From the IMG/VR virus record IMGVR_UViG_3300026097_000012, positions 72,953 through 127,549 of that record: a stretch of 54,597 nucleotides of DNA. The stretch is one strand, 5' to 3'. A model generated the notes under the pieces. It had not been told where the DNA came from. It worked only from the letters and a program-made list of their open reading frames with translations, and did no database searches. Origin of the DNA: a virus (taxonomy: Duplodnaviria > Heunggongvirae > Uroviricota > Caudoviricetes). Shown piece after piece: positions 34,877-44,600 of the stretch. Position numbers and translations under genes: made by a program. Position 1 is the stretch's first letter; each line of letters starts with the position of its first letter.

Positions 34877-35027
34877 AATCCATGTAAAATAAATGTCCTA
34901 CTGGAGCTGACATTGGTTGGACTGAAACTAGCTCAGTTGCTATCAACGTTGGATCAAACAATGGACGTGTTTCAAGCCCTTTCGTTTGAGGACGAGTATA
35001 TTCTTTACCTGTCTTATCACATATCAT
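34830..35027 (-). CDS. 65-aa protein carrying a T4 gp23-like (Gol-region) segment after PQTKGL
   Basis: PTLIATELVSVQPMSAPVGHLFYMDFVYG. Confidence 0.75.
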   Translation of the reverse strand: MICDKTGKEYTRPQTKGLETRPLFDPTLIATELVSVQPMSAPVGHLFYMDFVYGDDTDEEDGENN

Positions 35028-35271
35028 ATCTCTCGTTCCATTGTGTAACTACTGAAACTACTTGATCCTCAAAGAATGGAACATTGAATTCGTCACATAG
35101 TTTTTTAATATCTCCGACGTGAATTGGTTTTGCGATAATCAATAGCTTGTCCATTTCCTCATTATATCCATCCCAATCGGCGGATCTCACACCTTTGGTA
35201 CGAGGATCCAATTTTCTTAGGATTCTAGATTCAACTTGAATATAGTCTATTAATTTTTCAGTCTCAGTCAT
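35017..35271 (-). CDS. hypothetical protein (PRTKGV motif)
   Basis: Coupled ORF. Confidence 0.7.
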   Translation of the reverse strand: MTETEKLIDYIQVESRILRKLDPRTKGVRSADWDGYNEEMDKLLIIAKPIHVGDIKKLCDEFNVPFFEDQVVSVVTQWNERYDM

Positions 35272-35283
35272 ATTAAAATTATA

Positions 35284-35478
35284 CTACAATTCACCCTCTT
35301 CTTTTAATTGATTAATAATCTGAGCAGCGGCGGCAGACGTGACGAAATAATTAGAGTTAGTCTTTCTTCCACGTTCAGCTATGATGTTGGCAGTCTCCTG
35401 CACCTTCGTCATTAATTCTTTACGCCTAGCAATTTCCCTAGTTTCTCCTTTCTTCTGAGGCTTAAACATTAACTCCAA
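35284..35478 (-). CDS. hypothetical protein (PQKKG motif)
   Basis: Coupled ORF. Confidence 0.65.
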   Translation of the reverse strand: MELMFKPQKKGETREIARRKELMTKVQETANIIAERGRKTNSNYFVTSAAAAQIINQLKEEGEL

Positions 35479-35786
35479 AGTTTAGATTCAGTGATTAGTA
35501 TTTTAACAGGACGTTCATGATGATTCGATAAATATTCTTGAATTGCATCGAGCGTACTTCCAGCCTTTCCGATTAAAATACCAGGACGTTCGAGCGTGAT
35601 CATCATTTCAGTTCGTCCATCAACTTCTGAGAATTCCAAGTTAGTAACTCCGAATCTAGAAATAGGAATATCAATCACTGGATTATATCCATTCCATCCT
35701 TCAAAGAATAATCTAAATGCATTCTTAATGCTTCTATATTCCGATTTCAATCGTGCTATATCAGCCCCCTTTGTTTGATTCCGCAT
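35469..35786 (-). CDS. type II KH-domain protein resembling ribosomal protein S3 KH
   Basis: ITLERPGILIGKAGSTLDAIQEYL..VKILITE. Confidence 0.75.
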   Translation of the reverse strand: MRNQTKGADIARLKSEYRSIKNAFRLFFEGWNGYNPVIDIPISRFGVTNLEFSEVDGRTEMMITLERPGILIGKAGSTLDAIQEYLSNHHERPVKILITESKLWS

Positions 35787-35931
35787 CTTGTATCTTTTTA
35801 ATTTCCTATTCTATTTCTTCTAATGTGTAGGCTACTTTTAACGTATTCCAGTATTTAAATATCCAAAGGAATGTGTGACGTTTCTCAAGATAATAAAACG
35901 GTTAGATATAGTTTAGCCTATAGTTATCCAT
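35761..35931 (-). pseudogene. ORF interrupted by two in-frame stops
   Basis: MDNYRLNYI*PFYYLEKR..EEIE*EIKKIQDAESNKGG*; stops at 35902-04 and 35806-08. Confidence 0.55.
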
Positions 35932-36613
35932 TGAAGATAATGTTTCCTAATCTCTTAGCTTTTACTTCGAACTCTTCTAAAGTTCCGTTGTTAGAAATCA
36001 AGATATCAGCGCTCTTTGTTGTGATATTGAAAGAATCTTTTGGTTCCCTTGGTAGACGATTAGATGCGTCAACCCAAATAATAAGATCAAATACTCCTTG
36101 ACGTAGACACTCATCTATCTCTTCTTTGTCTCTCATTCCAACGTAACAGTCAGACGACTTCATGATGTCTTTTGCTAAACGAGCTTTATCACGTTTGTTG
36201 TAAAGACAAATTAGATCATACCATTCAGATCTGTGATTTGCGCGATCATTGAAGCATTCTTCTGGAGTTTCATATCCGTACTTGTCTTTAAGAACTCGAT
36301 AGATAAAAATCTCAGATGCAGCCATTGAAGATGCTTTGAATTTCATTCCATGGTCTAGGTTGAAGATCTCAGCAAGGGTATCTTTACCATGACGTCCATG
36401 TCCAATGATAAGAAGACGTGGCATCTTCTTAGGTTTAGGAGCTGGCTTCCTCTCTTTAACTGGACGGTATTTTGGAGCATTTGATTTTGGCTCCTCCTTC
36501 TTAGTTTCTTTTTTAGGTTCATCATCGTTCCCTCGATCTTTAATATCTTTAACGATTGATGCTGCTCCTTTAATTGCTAGTACGTTTCGTACGAAATTGA
36601 ATCCTTCACTCAT
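35924..36613 (-). CDS. dNMP-kinase-like P-loop protein with N-terminal extension
   Basis: LLIIGHGRHGKDT..HRSEW..GMRDKEE..IWVDA. Confidence 0.75.
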   Translation of the reverse strand: MSEGFNFVRNVLAIKGAASIVKDIKDRGNDDEPKKETKKEEPKSNAPKYRPVKERKPAPKPKKMPRLLIIGHGRHGKDTLAEIFNLDHGMKFKASSMAASEIFIYRVLKDKYGYETPEECFNDRANHRSEWYDLICLYNKRDKARLAKDIMKSSDCYVGMRDKEEIDECLRQGVFDLIIWVDASNRLPREPKDSFNITTKSADILISNNGTLEEFEVKAKRLGNIIFNG

Positions 36614-36616
36614 AAT

Positions 36617-37093
36617 TTAATGTAATTCTACGATTGTTAATTTTACGTCAGTTAATGTTCGCTTTAAAATATCAGCGACTTTATTCTTATCTCCACCTGC
36701 TAATCCACATCCAATCCAAGGTAAACCAACATGTTTTCCTTTAAAGTAGTGGTTGATCTTCTTCATACACATTTCAAGTGCAACGTAATCAAGGGGAGTT
36801 TGTGATCCGTTTTTATGGTTTCTTCCAAATCCAAATTGGGTATATGCATTCACTACAACTAATTCATTATCTCCAATTGGTATTTTTGCAAAATCAATTT
36901 GACCTAATTTATTATATACTCCACGTTGCATTTCATTTTCTAAGTGAAATTGATTTGCTCCAAATGCTTTAGCCATTTGAGGCGCGATACCTGCACCCAT
37001 TGTGCAAAAACAATTGCAACCATGTGCAATCACATCGAATTCACAAGCTTGTGCTAGAGTGATTAGGTTTCCTTTAATTATTTCCATCTTCAA
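36617..37093 (-). CDS. macro-domain (ADP-ribose hydrolase/binding) protein
   Basis: IIKGNL..IAHGCNC..MGAGIA..PWIGCGLAGG. Confidence 0.88.
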   Translation of the reverse strand: MKMEIIKGNLITLAQACEFDVIAHGCNCFCTMGAGIAPQMAKAFGANQFHLENEMQRGVYNKLGQIDFAKIPIGDNELVVVNAYTQFGFGRNHKNGSQTPLDYVALEMCMKKINHYFKGKHVGLPWIGCGLAGGDKNKVADILKRTLTDVKLTIVELH

Positions 37094-37322
37094 TTTGATA
37101 ATTTACGTAGTCGCACATATGTGAAACTTCTTGCTGTTGGTAATCTCCTTCGACATTACTTGATATTTCTTTTCCAATTTCCTCCTTGAAGTCTTGTATT
37201 ATTTTAGCAATGTCATCTTCACTTAGATGATGATAATTACTAATATGAGTAAGTTTCACTTTGAATTTCAAAGTTACTTCAACTTCTTCGTTTTGTGGAT
37301 AGTGTCTATTTGCCATTACCAA
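37074..37322 (-). CDS. hypothetical protein
   Basis: Coupled ORF. Confidence 0.6.
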   Translation of the reverse strand: MVMANRHYPQNEEVEVTLKFKVKLTHISNYHHLSEDDIAKIIQDFKEEIGKEISSNVEGDYQQQEVSHMCDYVNYQIEDGNN

Positions 37323-37717
37323 TCTATTGCGAATGAATCAACGTTGTCCTTCATAATGTGCTCACATGCTGCTACAAAGATAGGATCCTCTCTTAACTTA
37401 TCTGCTTCTTCAACACATCCCCATTCTATGAGTTCATCATCGCTTGCTGCCCATAGATCAAAGTCACCATCATTATCGAATAGTGTAACTACTCCACGTC
37501 TATCATCTATCATGCCATGCACATCAACATATGCTCTAAGTGCTCCATCTGGAAGCCAATTAAGTTGAGTCTTTGGTAGACCATTATTTGCCCACAAATA
37601 AAACTTCTTACGAACGTCAGTTTCTTGATCTGATTGCTTCTTTAAAAGCTCCTTTAATCTTTCCTGCTTTGATGAAATTGTAGCTTTAAGCTGGCTTATT
37701 TCTTGTTTTAATGTCAT
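37316..37717 (-). CDS. hypothetical protein
   Basis: ORF in block. Confidence 0.7.
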   Translation of the reverse strand: MTLKQEISQLKATISSKQERLKELLKKQSDQETDVRKKFYLWANNGLPKTQLNWLPDGALRAYVDVHGMIDDRRGVVTLFDNDGDFDLWAASDDELIEWGCVEEADKLREDPIFVAACEHIMKDNVDSFAIDW

Positions 37718-37718
37718 A

Positions 37719-38417
37719 TTAATCGTCTGATACTCCTAAGAATTGGAGTAAGTGAATGAATATATTAATGAAGTCTAGATATAAATCAAGTGCTCCCCGT
37801 ATTGCAAGCTTCTTTGTCTCGTCGCTTCCATAGGTAATCCTTGATCCAATATCTTTTAGTTTCTGTGTATCATATGCAGTAAGTCCTAAGAATACAATGA
37901 TGGCAATCCCTGATATAATGTAATGCATAGTAGGACTCTGCACAAACCAATTGGCAATCATAGCGATTATAATTCCTACGAGTGCGAACATTAAGAATGT
38001 ACCAAAATTAGTTAAGTCCACTTCAGTCTTGAGTCCAACAAGTGATAGAATCAGGAATAAGGCGGAGGTTATAAAGAATGTTAGAACAATACTTGCTCCT
38101 GTATAAATTAAGAATATGTAGGACAAACTCATTCCTATCATGACGGCAAATACAATGAGTCCCATAAACATTATGGTGGCCGTTGATCTCTTCAACATAC
38201 TTGCTAATCCGAAGATCATTACTAATGGAGCAAGGGTTACAATCCATCCTAGAATTGTCATTGACATGTGAGTTCCATCACCTTCTTCGTTTGGAACGAT
38301 TTCATACATTGTATGAATTAATTCGGTATTTCCGAATATGTATGACGTAAATCCCGTCACTGCTAACGCAATGGTCATGTAGAAATATACACCTGATAAA
38401 AACTTGTTTTGTTGCAT
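37719..38417 (-). CDS. Bax inhibitor-1/YccA family membrane protein
   Basis: 7 TM; LTAYDTQKLK..ALDLYLDFINIF. Confidence 0.9.
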   Translation of the reverse strand: MQQNKFLSGVYFYMTIALAVTGFTSYIFGNTELIHTMYEIVPNEEGDGTHMSMTILGWIVTLAPLVMIFGLASMLKRSTATIMFMGLIVFAVMIGMSLSYIFLIYTGASIVLTFFITSALFLILSLVGLKTEVDLTNFGTFLMFALVGIIIAMIANWFVQSPTMHYIISGIAIIVFLGLTAYDTQKLKDIGSRITYGSDETKKLAIRGALDLYLDFINIFIHLLQFLGVSDD

Positions 38418-38440
38418 GGTTTTATTTTAACTGTTCAGTT

Positions 38441-38755
38441 TTATTTTACTCTAAAGAACGGATTATTTTCTAAATCCCCTCCGATTGTTTGTTTAGGCCA
38501 GCCTAATTTAATACATTGGCTTATTTTCATCTTAGCTTTTTCGCTCACTCGACCTGCAATCGCTCTTTGGTGCCAAATGTCAAACATTCTAATTATTTTA
38601 GCAACACTTTGAGGAGAACATTGAAGAGGTTCAATCACTTCTAGTTTCTCTGTAACATAAGTTGTCTCTTCTCCATGTGTCTTCCATAGTCTGATAGATG
38701 TTTCTTTAATCTCGTTAAAGATCTCTTCTGATATTATAATGTCTTCAAGCTTCAT
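38441..38755 (-). CDS. hypothetical protein
   Basis: Coupled ORF. Confidence 0.7.
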   Translation of the reverse strand: MKLEDIIISEEIFNEIKETSIRLWKTHGEETTYVTEKLEVIEPLQCSPQSVAKIIRMFDIWHQRAIAGRVSEKAKMKISQCIKLGWPKQTIGGDLENNPFFRVK

Positions 38756-39155
38756 GTCTGTTCCAATTATACTCAGTTACTTTACCGTCTTTAAATTCTT
38801 TCCATGTTTTATTCCAGCGTCCTGACAATAGAAGAGTTGCGCAGCCATTAGAATTTCCAATTTTATGATAGGAATCTCTAGGAAAGAATTTAAAGAATTT
38901 AGTTCTTCTTGTTACGCTATATGCTCCAGTATTTTCGTCAAGTAATTCATACTCTGTATATCTTCCAAATAATTTAAAAGATAATGCGTTGAATGCATGG
39001 GTGTGATATCTGTCTTGAGATCCGTTTGATCTCTCAAAATAGAAGATGATGATGGAGAATAAGTATTTGCACTCAAAGATTACGTACTGTTGAACATGCT
39101 GATCTCCAAATTCGAATCTATTCTTTTTAAATAATGTAAGCCATGATGTTTTCAT
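38745..39155 (-). CDS. cupin-like hypothetical protein
   Basis: YHTHAF..YTE..SYHKI..TLLLSG. Confidence 0.65.
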   Translation of the reverse strand: MKTSWLTLFKKNRFEFGDQHVQQYVIFECKYLFSIIIFYFERSNGSQDRYHTHAFNALSFKLFGRYTEYELLDENTGAYSVTRRTKFFKFFPRDSYHKIGNSNGCATLLLSGRWNKTWKEFKDGKVTEYNWNRHEA

Positions 39156-39188
39156 ATGTCAAATGTTTTTTGACACCGAAGTAATCTA

Positions 39189-40082
39189 TTAGTTGAAATT
39201 AACCATTAGATTTTTCATCACAATTCCATTCTCAATTCCTTCAATAGGTTTTGGAAAGTCTATATCTCCGTATCTCTTTCTTGTCTTCAAACAACTCACC
39301 AATACTTTTGAAACTGCTTTAGCTCTATCTTTAACTTCAGAACTTAGAGCCATTTCATATGTCCCATCCATTCCACAGTTATGTGCAGAAGATCCTTTTC
39401 CCCAATGTAAAACTGGGGTATCAATCCACTTTCCATCTTTATGATATCCAAATTTAAAGTTGAATCTCTTCCACTTCTTACTGAACCATCTTTGATATTT
39501 CCTTACATATTGAGTCTCTTCCACTTCTGCTTGATATATTCCTTCTGGCATTTTGATCTGAGCATAAAAAGTATCGACGATATTTGACGTTACTTTATCT
39601 TTTCCTCTAATCCATTCACCTGGGTGGAAACTTCCGCTTCTCCATTTTGGAACTGAACTGTCCCAACTATTATCATCTCTCCAAATATTCCACCACATTG
39701 CGTAATTATGGAATATTATACTCGTTTTTCGATTCGCAGTTCTGATCCAACCTTTATCTCGAGTTCTCAATTTTCTTGAAATCTTTTTATTTTCGTTAGG
39801 CTTTGAATCCTTATCTGCGAATTGATTATATTCTCTTACATAAATCCATTCAGGAAATATTCTTGAGAATCCAATATAGAATTTAAAGATGAACCAGAAG
39901 TAAATTAAGACACGGTGTTCATCGCCCTCAATATCTAATCCCCATCCAAAATTAGGACGTGAACATATTTCAAGAGAGATATCCTTATTTCCATGTTCTC
40001 CTATATGCCAGAACCAACGGTGATAGAATAAGTATTTTCCAGGTTCTCTCTTTCCTTCGTTTATGTGATGTACCCAGCCCAT
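39189..40082 (-). CDS. aromatic-rich hypothetical protein
   Basis: 297-aa ORF. Confidence 0.8.
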   Translation of the reverse strand: MGWVHHINEGKREPGKYLFYHRWFWHIGEHGNKDISLEICSRPNFGWGLDIEGDEHRVLIYFWFIFKFYIGFSRIFPEWIYVREYNQFADKDSKPNENKKISRKLRTRDKGWIRTANRKTSIIFHNYAMWWNIWRDDNSWDSSVPKWRSGSFHPGEWIRGKDKVTSNIVDTFYAQIKMPEGIYQAEVEETQYVRKYQRWFSKKWKRFNFKFGYHKDGKWIDTPVLHWGKGSSAHNCGMDGTYEMALSSEVKDRAKAVSKVLVSCLKTRKRYGDIDFPKPIEGIENGIVMKNLMVNFN

Positions 40083-40258
40083 TAATAGTCCTTTACTTTT
40101 TCTTTTAGAGATTCTAAAGTTTCTTTAACTTCAGGTTTATGATCGCCTTTGTCCCAGTCTACTCCTTTTAGATATAATTCAGATAGGACCTTCATTGCGA
40201 TCAATTCGTTTTTTGTAAATTTAGGCTGCATACCTAATGCTTTTTTAATTGAGTTCAT
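40082..40258 (-). CDS. hypothetical protein (start reassigned to ATG 40258)
   Basis: Track start overlaps upstream gene by 122 nt. Confidence 0.55.
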   Translation of the reverse strand: MNSIKKALGMQPKFTKNELIAMKVLSELYLKGVDWDKGDHKPEVKETLESLKEKVKDY

Positions 40259-40259
40259 T

Positions 40260-40682
40260 TTAACTAGTTTGAAATATGGTTTTGTCCTTATGGACAATTC
40301 TTGTGAAGCAACCTTGCCCACAATAAGTTTTAAACATATAACCTCTAAACGATGCTCCTCCTGAAAAGAAATCTTCGTCAAACTCTAGATCAGTATCTCC
40401 TGCCATTTCCCATGCGCTTTGTATGGCAGTCATTACATTTGATTGAGTTAGTATTCCACGATCGTAAAACATATCCTCATATTTCTTTTCCCATTTAAAA
40501 AACTTTAAGAATTCTTCATGAAGTTCATCATCAGATAAATCTTTAATCTTACGGATGATTCTCATAGCATTTCTATTTTTACATCGGTCTGCGTTTTCAA
40601 TCTCTTTATGAAATCTCTCAATTGCTTTTTCTCCTTCTGGAGAATCTAAAAATGCTTCAAGGTTATCTAATGGGTTGCTCAT
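40260..40682 (-). CDS. conserved phage hypothetical protein
   Basis: FKTYCGQGCF motif. Confidence 0.75.
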   Translation of the reverse strand: MSNPLDNLEAFLDSPEGEKAIERFHKEIENADRCKNRNAMRIIRKIKDLSDDELHEEFLKFFKWEKKYEDMFYDRGILTQSNVMTAIQSAWEMAGDTDLEFDEDFFSGGASFRGYMFKTYCGQGCFTRIVHKDKTIFQTS

Positions 40683-41128
40683 GACATGGTAAGTTTATCC
40701 ATCAGGCTTAGTTCAAAAGTAACCTTACCTGCAATTATTTTTTTAGCAGCTCTTTTCTGCGGTTTTGGTAATTTTATTAAACGCTTACCATCGTTCTTAA
40801 TTTTAAGATTATGAATTTCAGATCTGTAGAAATAGATTAGTTTATCCATATCATTCATTTCAGGATCTGAGAATTTCCACCAACCATTTAGCATCCATCT
40901 ATGTAATTGTTCTTGTAAGTGAACTGGTTCTTTTCTGGAACATTTGTTTATGATTTTGTATAGACGATCACATAGTGCTTCCTTAGGAACTCCATGTTTA
41001 ACTGCACTCCATCCACAGAACCCTGCTTGAATTCTACCTAGGGCATCAATGGCACTTACTCCCTTAACATCGTACCAACCTTTGCAAGCTAATATTAAAT
41101 GTCCGTCTAAGTTGTCTACTTCTATCAT
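40679..41128 (-). CDS. hypothetical protein
   Basis: ATGA coupling. Confidence 0.7.
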   Translation of the reverse strand: MIEVDNLDGHLILACKGWYDVKGVSAIDALGRIQAGFCGWSAVKHGVPKEALCDRLYKIINKCSRKEPVHLQEQLHRWMLNGWWKFSDPEMNDMDKLIYFYRSEIHNLKIKNDGKRLIKLPKPQKRAAKKIIAGKVTFELSLMDKLTMS

Positions 41129-41311
41129 AACTTAATAAATTCCAAGTGTTTTACATAATTCTACTAACTCTTCCGTACTTTTTTCGTATTTTTTAGCAAG
41201 TCTTCTAATATCTATGCCCTCACAATCAACTAGCTCATCTTGTAGCTTTTCGTCCCTGGTAAGCCTAGGACTCTTTTTCCACCTTCTGTCGAGTTTGCTC
41301 ATAATGTTTAA

Positions 41312-41566
41312 TTAGTTAATACAAATTGCATTGATCTCTTCTTTCGTGCAAGTATCTTCAGGATCTATGTCAGGATCTGAGTTGAATGCAGTGAATCCCC
41401 CATTATATTCACCATCATGGTGTCCAGCTGCTGGAGTATAATGAACTTTATTAAATCCGTTTCCTTCATCATCTCTTGAATAAACCACATCTAATGTGGC
41501 GTATTCTGGATTATCTTTAAGTATTTTGACTAAGTTGTCAACGTATTCTTTTAATTTAAGACTCAT
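41312..41566 (-). CDS. conserved phage hypothetical protein
   Basis: VVYSRDDEGNGF..ICIN. Confidence 0.75.
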   Translation of the reverse strand: MSLKLKEYVDNLVKILKDNPEYATLDVVYSRDDEGNGFNKVHYTPAAGHHDGEYNGGFTAFNSDPDIDPEDTCTKEEINAICIN

Positions 41567-41624
41567 AATGCTATATTTTTAATATTTTACTAAAACCAAT
41601 CACTATATTTCTAATAAATAATAT

Positions 41625-41632
41625 TATAAATA
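41625..41632 (+). promoter_or_regulatory. T4-type late promoter TATAAATA
   Basis: Exact gp55-type consensus about 20 nt upstream of ATG 41652. Confidence 0.65.
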
Positions 41633-41651
41633 ATAAAAAGAATTTCACATT

Positions 41652-44600
41652 ATGGCTAAGAATAAGCACATTAAGAGAATATATGAGGATTTTATGATGG
41701 CGGAACCTACAAAAACTCCGACTAAAACTCCGACTAAAACTCCAAAAAGAAGGGGACCTTCTCCAATAAGAAGAGACAAACCCGGAGTTAAACCAAAGCC
41801 AATGGCAGCAACTGCTGAAGAAGTTTATGATAGATTTATTAATGAACTAAAAGAGGCAGACGGAGAAATAGATTTTGATTTAAAATTCCTAGCATCTAAA
41901 TATAAAATGGAAGAATCTCAAATAGTTAAGGGATTCGCTCAATATATCTATGAAGCATCTCTTGAAGATAATCCAGGAATACCAGGAGAAGGAGAGAACG
42001 ACGATGCTGATAAGTACTTAAGTGATGTTGAAGGTAGAGCAAATCAAATGAAGTCTGATACTAGAGAACGTTACGGACGTAAGATTCCTCAGTTTATGGC
42101 TACTGTACAAGAAGTTCAAAGATTACAAGCAGGTCACGAAACACAATTAGAACAACTAGCAACCGATGCTATTAAAGAAATGTATGGCTCTATTTTAGAT
42201 GGAGTTAAATTAGATATCAAATTTCCAGAACAAGAGGAAATGAAAGATACTATGGATCCTGTTGATATGGATCCACCAGAAATGGAAGAGATCGAAGATG
42301 AAAACATCAAAAATGAGATCAGCAAGAGAAAAATCGCAAACAATATTACACAAGGTGAAGCTAAGAATACTAAACTTATTCTTAATATGCCATTTATTGC
42401 AGACGGTTTAAAAGATATATTAGGAGAAGAAGATGGAGCTAAAATGGTAGAGCTTCTTACTGAAATTACAAATATTGCTTCATTCTTTGATTGGGAGATT
42501 CCAATTGACGTTCAAAAACAAATGTGGCAAACCAAAGAAGGTTTCGCTGGAACTGTTGAAGTTGATTGGGAAGAACCAGAAGATGATCAAGCAGAAAAAA
42601 CAGCAGAAGATATTATTGCTAGTTTAGAATCAGGAGACGATCTTCTTGATAACGGAGATGAATTAGAAGATTTATTTAATGAGACTACTCCAGTTATTAA
42701 AGCAAGAGGAAAAGATTTTGCAATGCTAATTCATGAAACTGTTAAAGGTATTTATCAATTAATTTCATCTATTGGGATCCCAGAAGACGAGCAAGTTGCT
42801 CAAACTGTTATTATGAATACTGATACTCTTTCAGGAGAATTAGAAGATTTAAGATACGGACCATATATTGCATCTGATTTACATAGATTTATTGCAGGAT
42901 TCGAAGAGAATGATAGTATTGATAACCTAAAAGAGCATTTCTTTGGAAAAATGATGTCAATGCCAGCTGCTGAATTTTTACAATTCATTAGAGATATTTT
43001 AATGAACGATGACAAAGCAACAGAACAAGCTCAAGAAATAATTGATGAAATTGCAGAAGAAATAAGAGACTTTGAAGTCGATGGAATATCTTCTTATGGA
43101 GATGATGAATATGATGAAGAAAATTTTGAAATAGATGACTATGGTAAACCATCGCCAACTCCACTTGTTGGCGATGACGAAACATATAAAGCAATGTCTA
43201 ATGTTGAGTTACAGAGTTTAATTGATGATGCATTAGACAATGGAGACATGGAAGAAGTTAGAAGATTAGCTTCTTATCTTAAAGAATCGCTAAGACTTAA
43301 ATTAGAAGCTAAGTTAGAAGCTATCAATGAAGCTAAATATTCTCACATTAATTCATATTCTACTTTTAAAAAAAAAGAAGTAATATCATTAAATGAGAAT
43401 ATTAAAGATGCTAAAAACTTCTTTATTAAACGTAAAGCAGAAGACGCAGGATTTGATTTTTCAGGATTAACGGAAGAGGAGAAAGAGAGATTAGAAAAAG
43501 ATCCTCAATGGGTTACTCTTAGAAAAATGATTGAAGATGCTGGTAGAGTCGGAGACGCAGTTGCTTTTGTAAAATTCATGATGGATCAAAAGGCATCATT
43601 AGATATTTTACAAACTCTAATGGACTTATTAAGAGATCCTGATAATAAACCGATACTTAAAGATCTACCTAGAAAATCAGTATCAGCATATGCTAAGATT
43701 CCACTTAAAGATGGAGAGAATCCAGGATATGAGATGCTAATTGATGATATTTCAAAACTAAAAGAGCAGATGGCGGGTAGGTGGATAGTTAAGGCTTTAG
43801 TAAATAAAGCAGGAACTAGAGATTATCGTGGAGTTGAAATACCAGGAGCTGAACCATTTAATCAAAAACAAGCATTTAAAGAAGCTAGTCCAGAAGTTCA
43901 AAACGAATTAATAAACGTAGCATATCAACTGCATCAAGCAGATCCAACTGGACGCGAAATTCACGGATTCAAAAGAAAACTAGGTAAATTTAAATCTCTT
44001 GAAGAAATTAAACAGGGACTAGAAAATAAAGTAGCAGGATTAGGATCTGACTTAAATGATATTACTGATAGGGTTGAAAAAAGCGACCCAGGTGCAAGTG
44101 TTATATGGGAAGGTAAAAATAAATTACTTACTGTATTTAGATCACCAGAAACATTAGGAAATATATGCTCATCAACATCATGGTGTTTATTGCCATCTAG
44201 ATATCCAGGAGGACATGGAATGTTTTATTCATATGTTAATAAAGACGATAGTGGAACGGTTCAATATGTATTCTTTGATCATACTAAACCAGCATCCGAT
44301 CAAATGCACTTAGTTGGAGTTACAGTAGATAAGTATGGTAAGGTAACACATGCTCACCGAAAGGATGATGGAGATATTAAACGTCATTATGGAAGCGATT
44401 TTTCAACATATTTAGATTTATTCGGTATTCCAAAAGATGAACAAGAATTAATTCTTAATGCTATTCCAAGTGAAGCTGAGCTAATTAAAGATGTTACTCC
44501 GTTTTATAAAGAGATTCAGCAAGGTAGAGGAGATCTTGGAAAGATCGCTACTAATATGATTATTAGAACAGAGAAACGAGCTAATCAAGCTAAATTCAAA

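Noticed and set aside
25602-35460. PxTKG motif as a CC-N10-GG DNA/RNA hairpin signal
   Set aside because: Only some copies can pair at the third position, close to what codon usage alone would give, and all copies found are in frame. A six-frame scan is still needed to exclude it fully.
41711-41743. 12-bp tandem repeat AAAACTCCGACT
   Set aside because: It simply encodes a PTKT linker and is not a reverse copy of the decamer.
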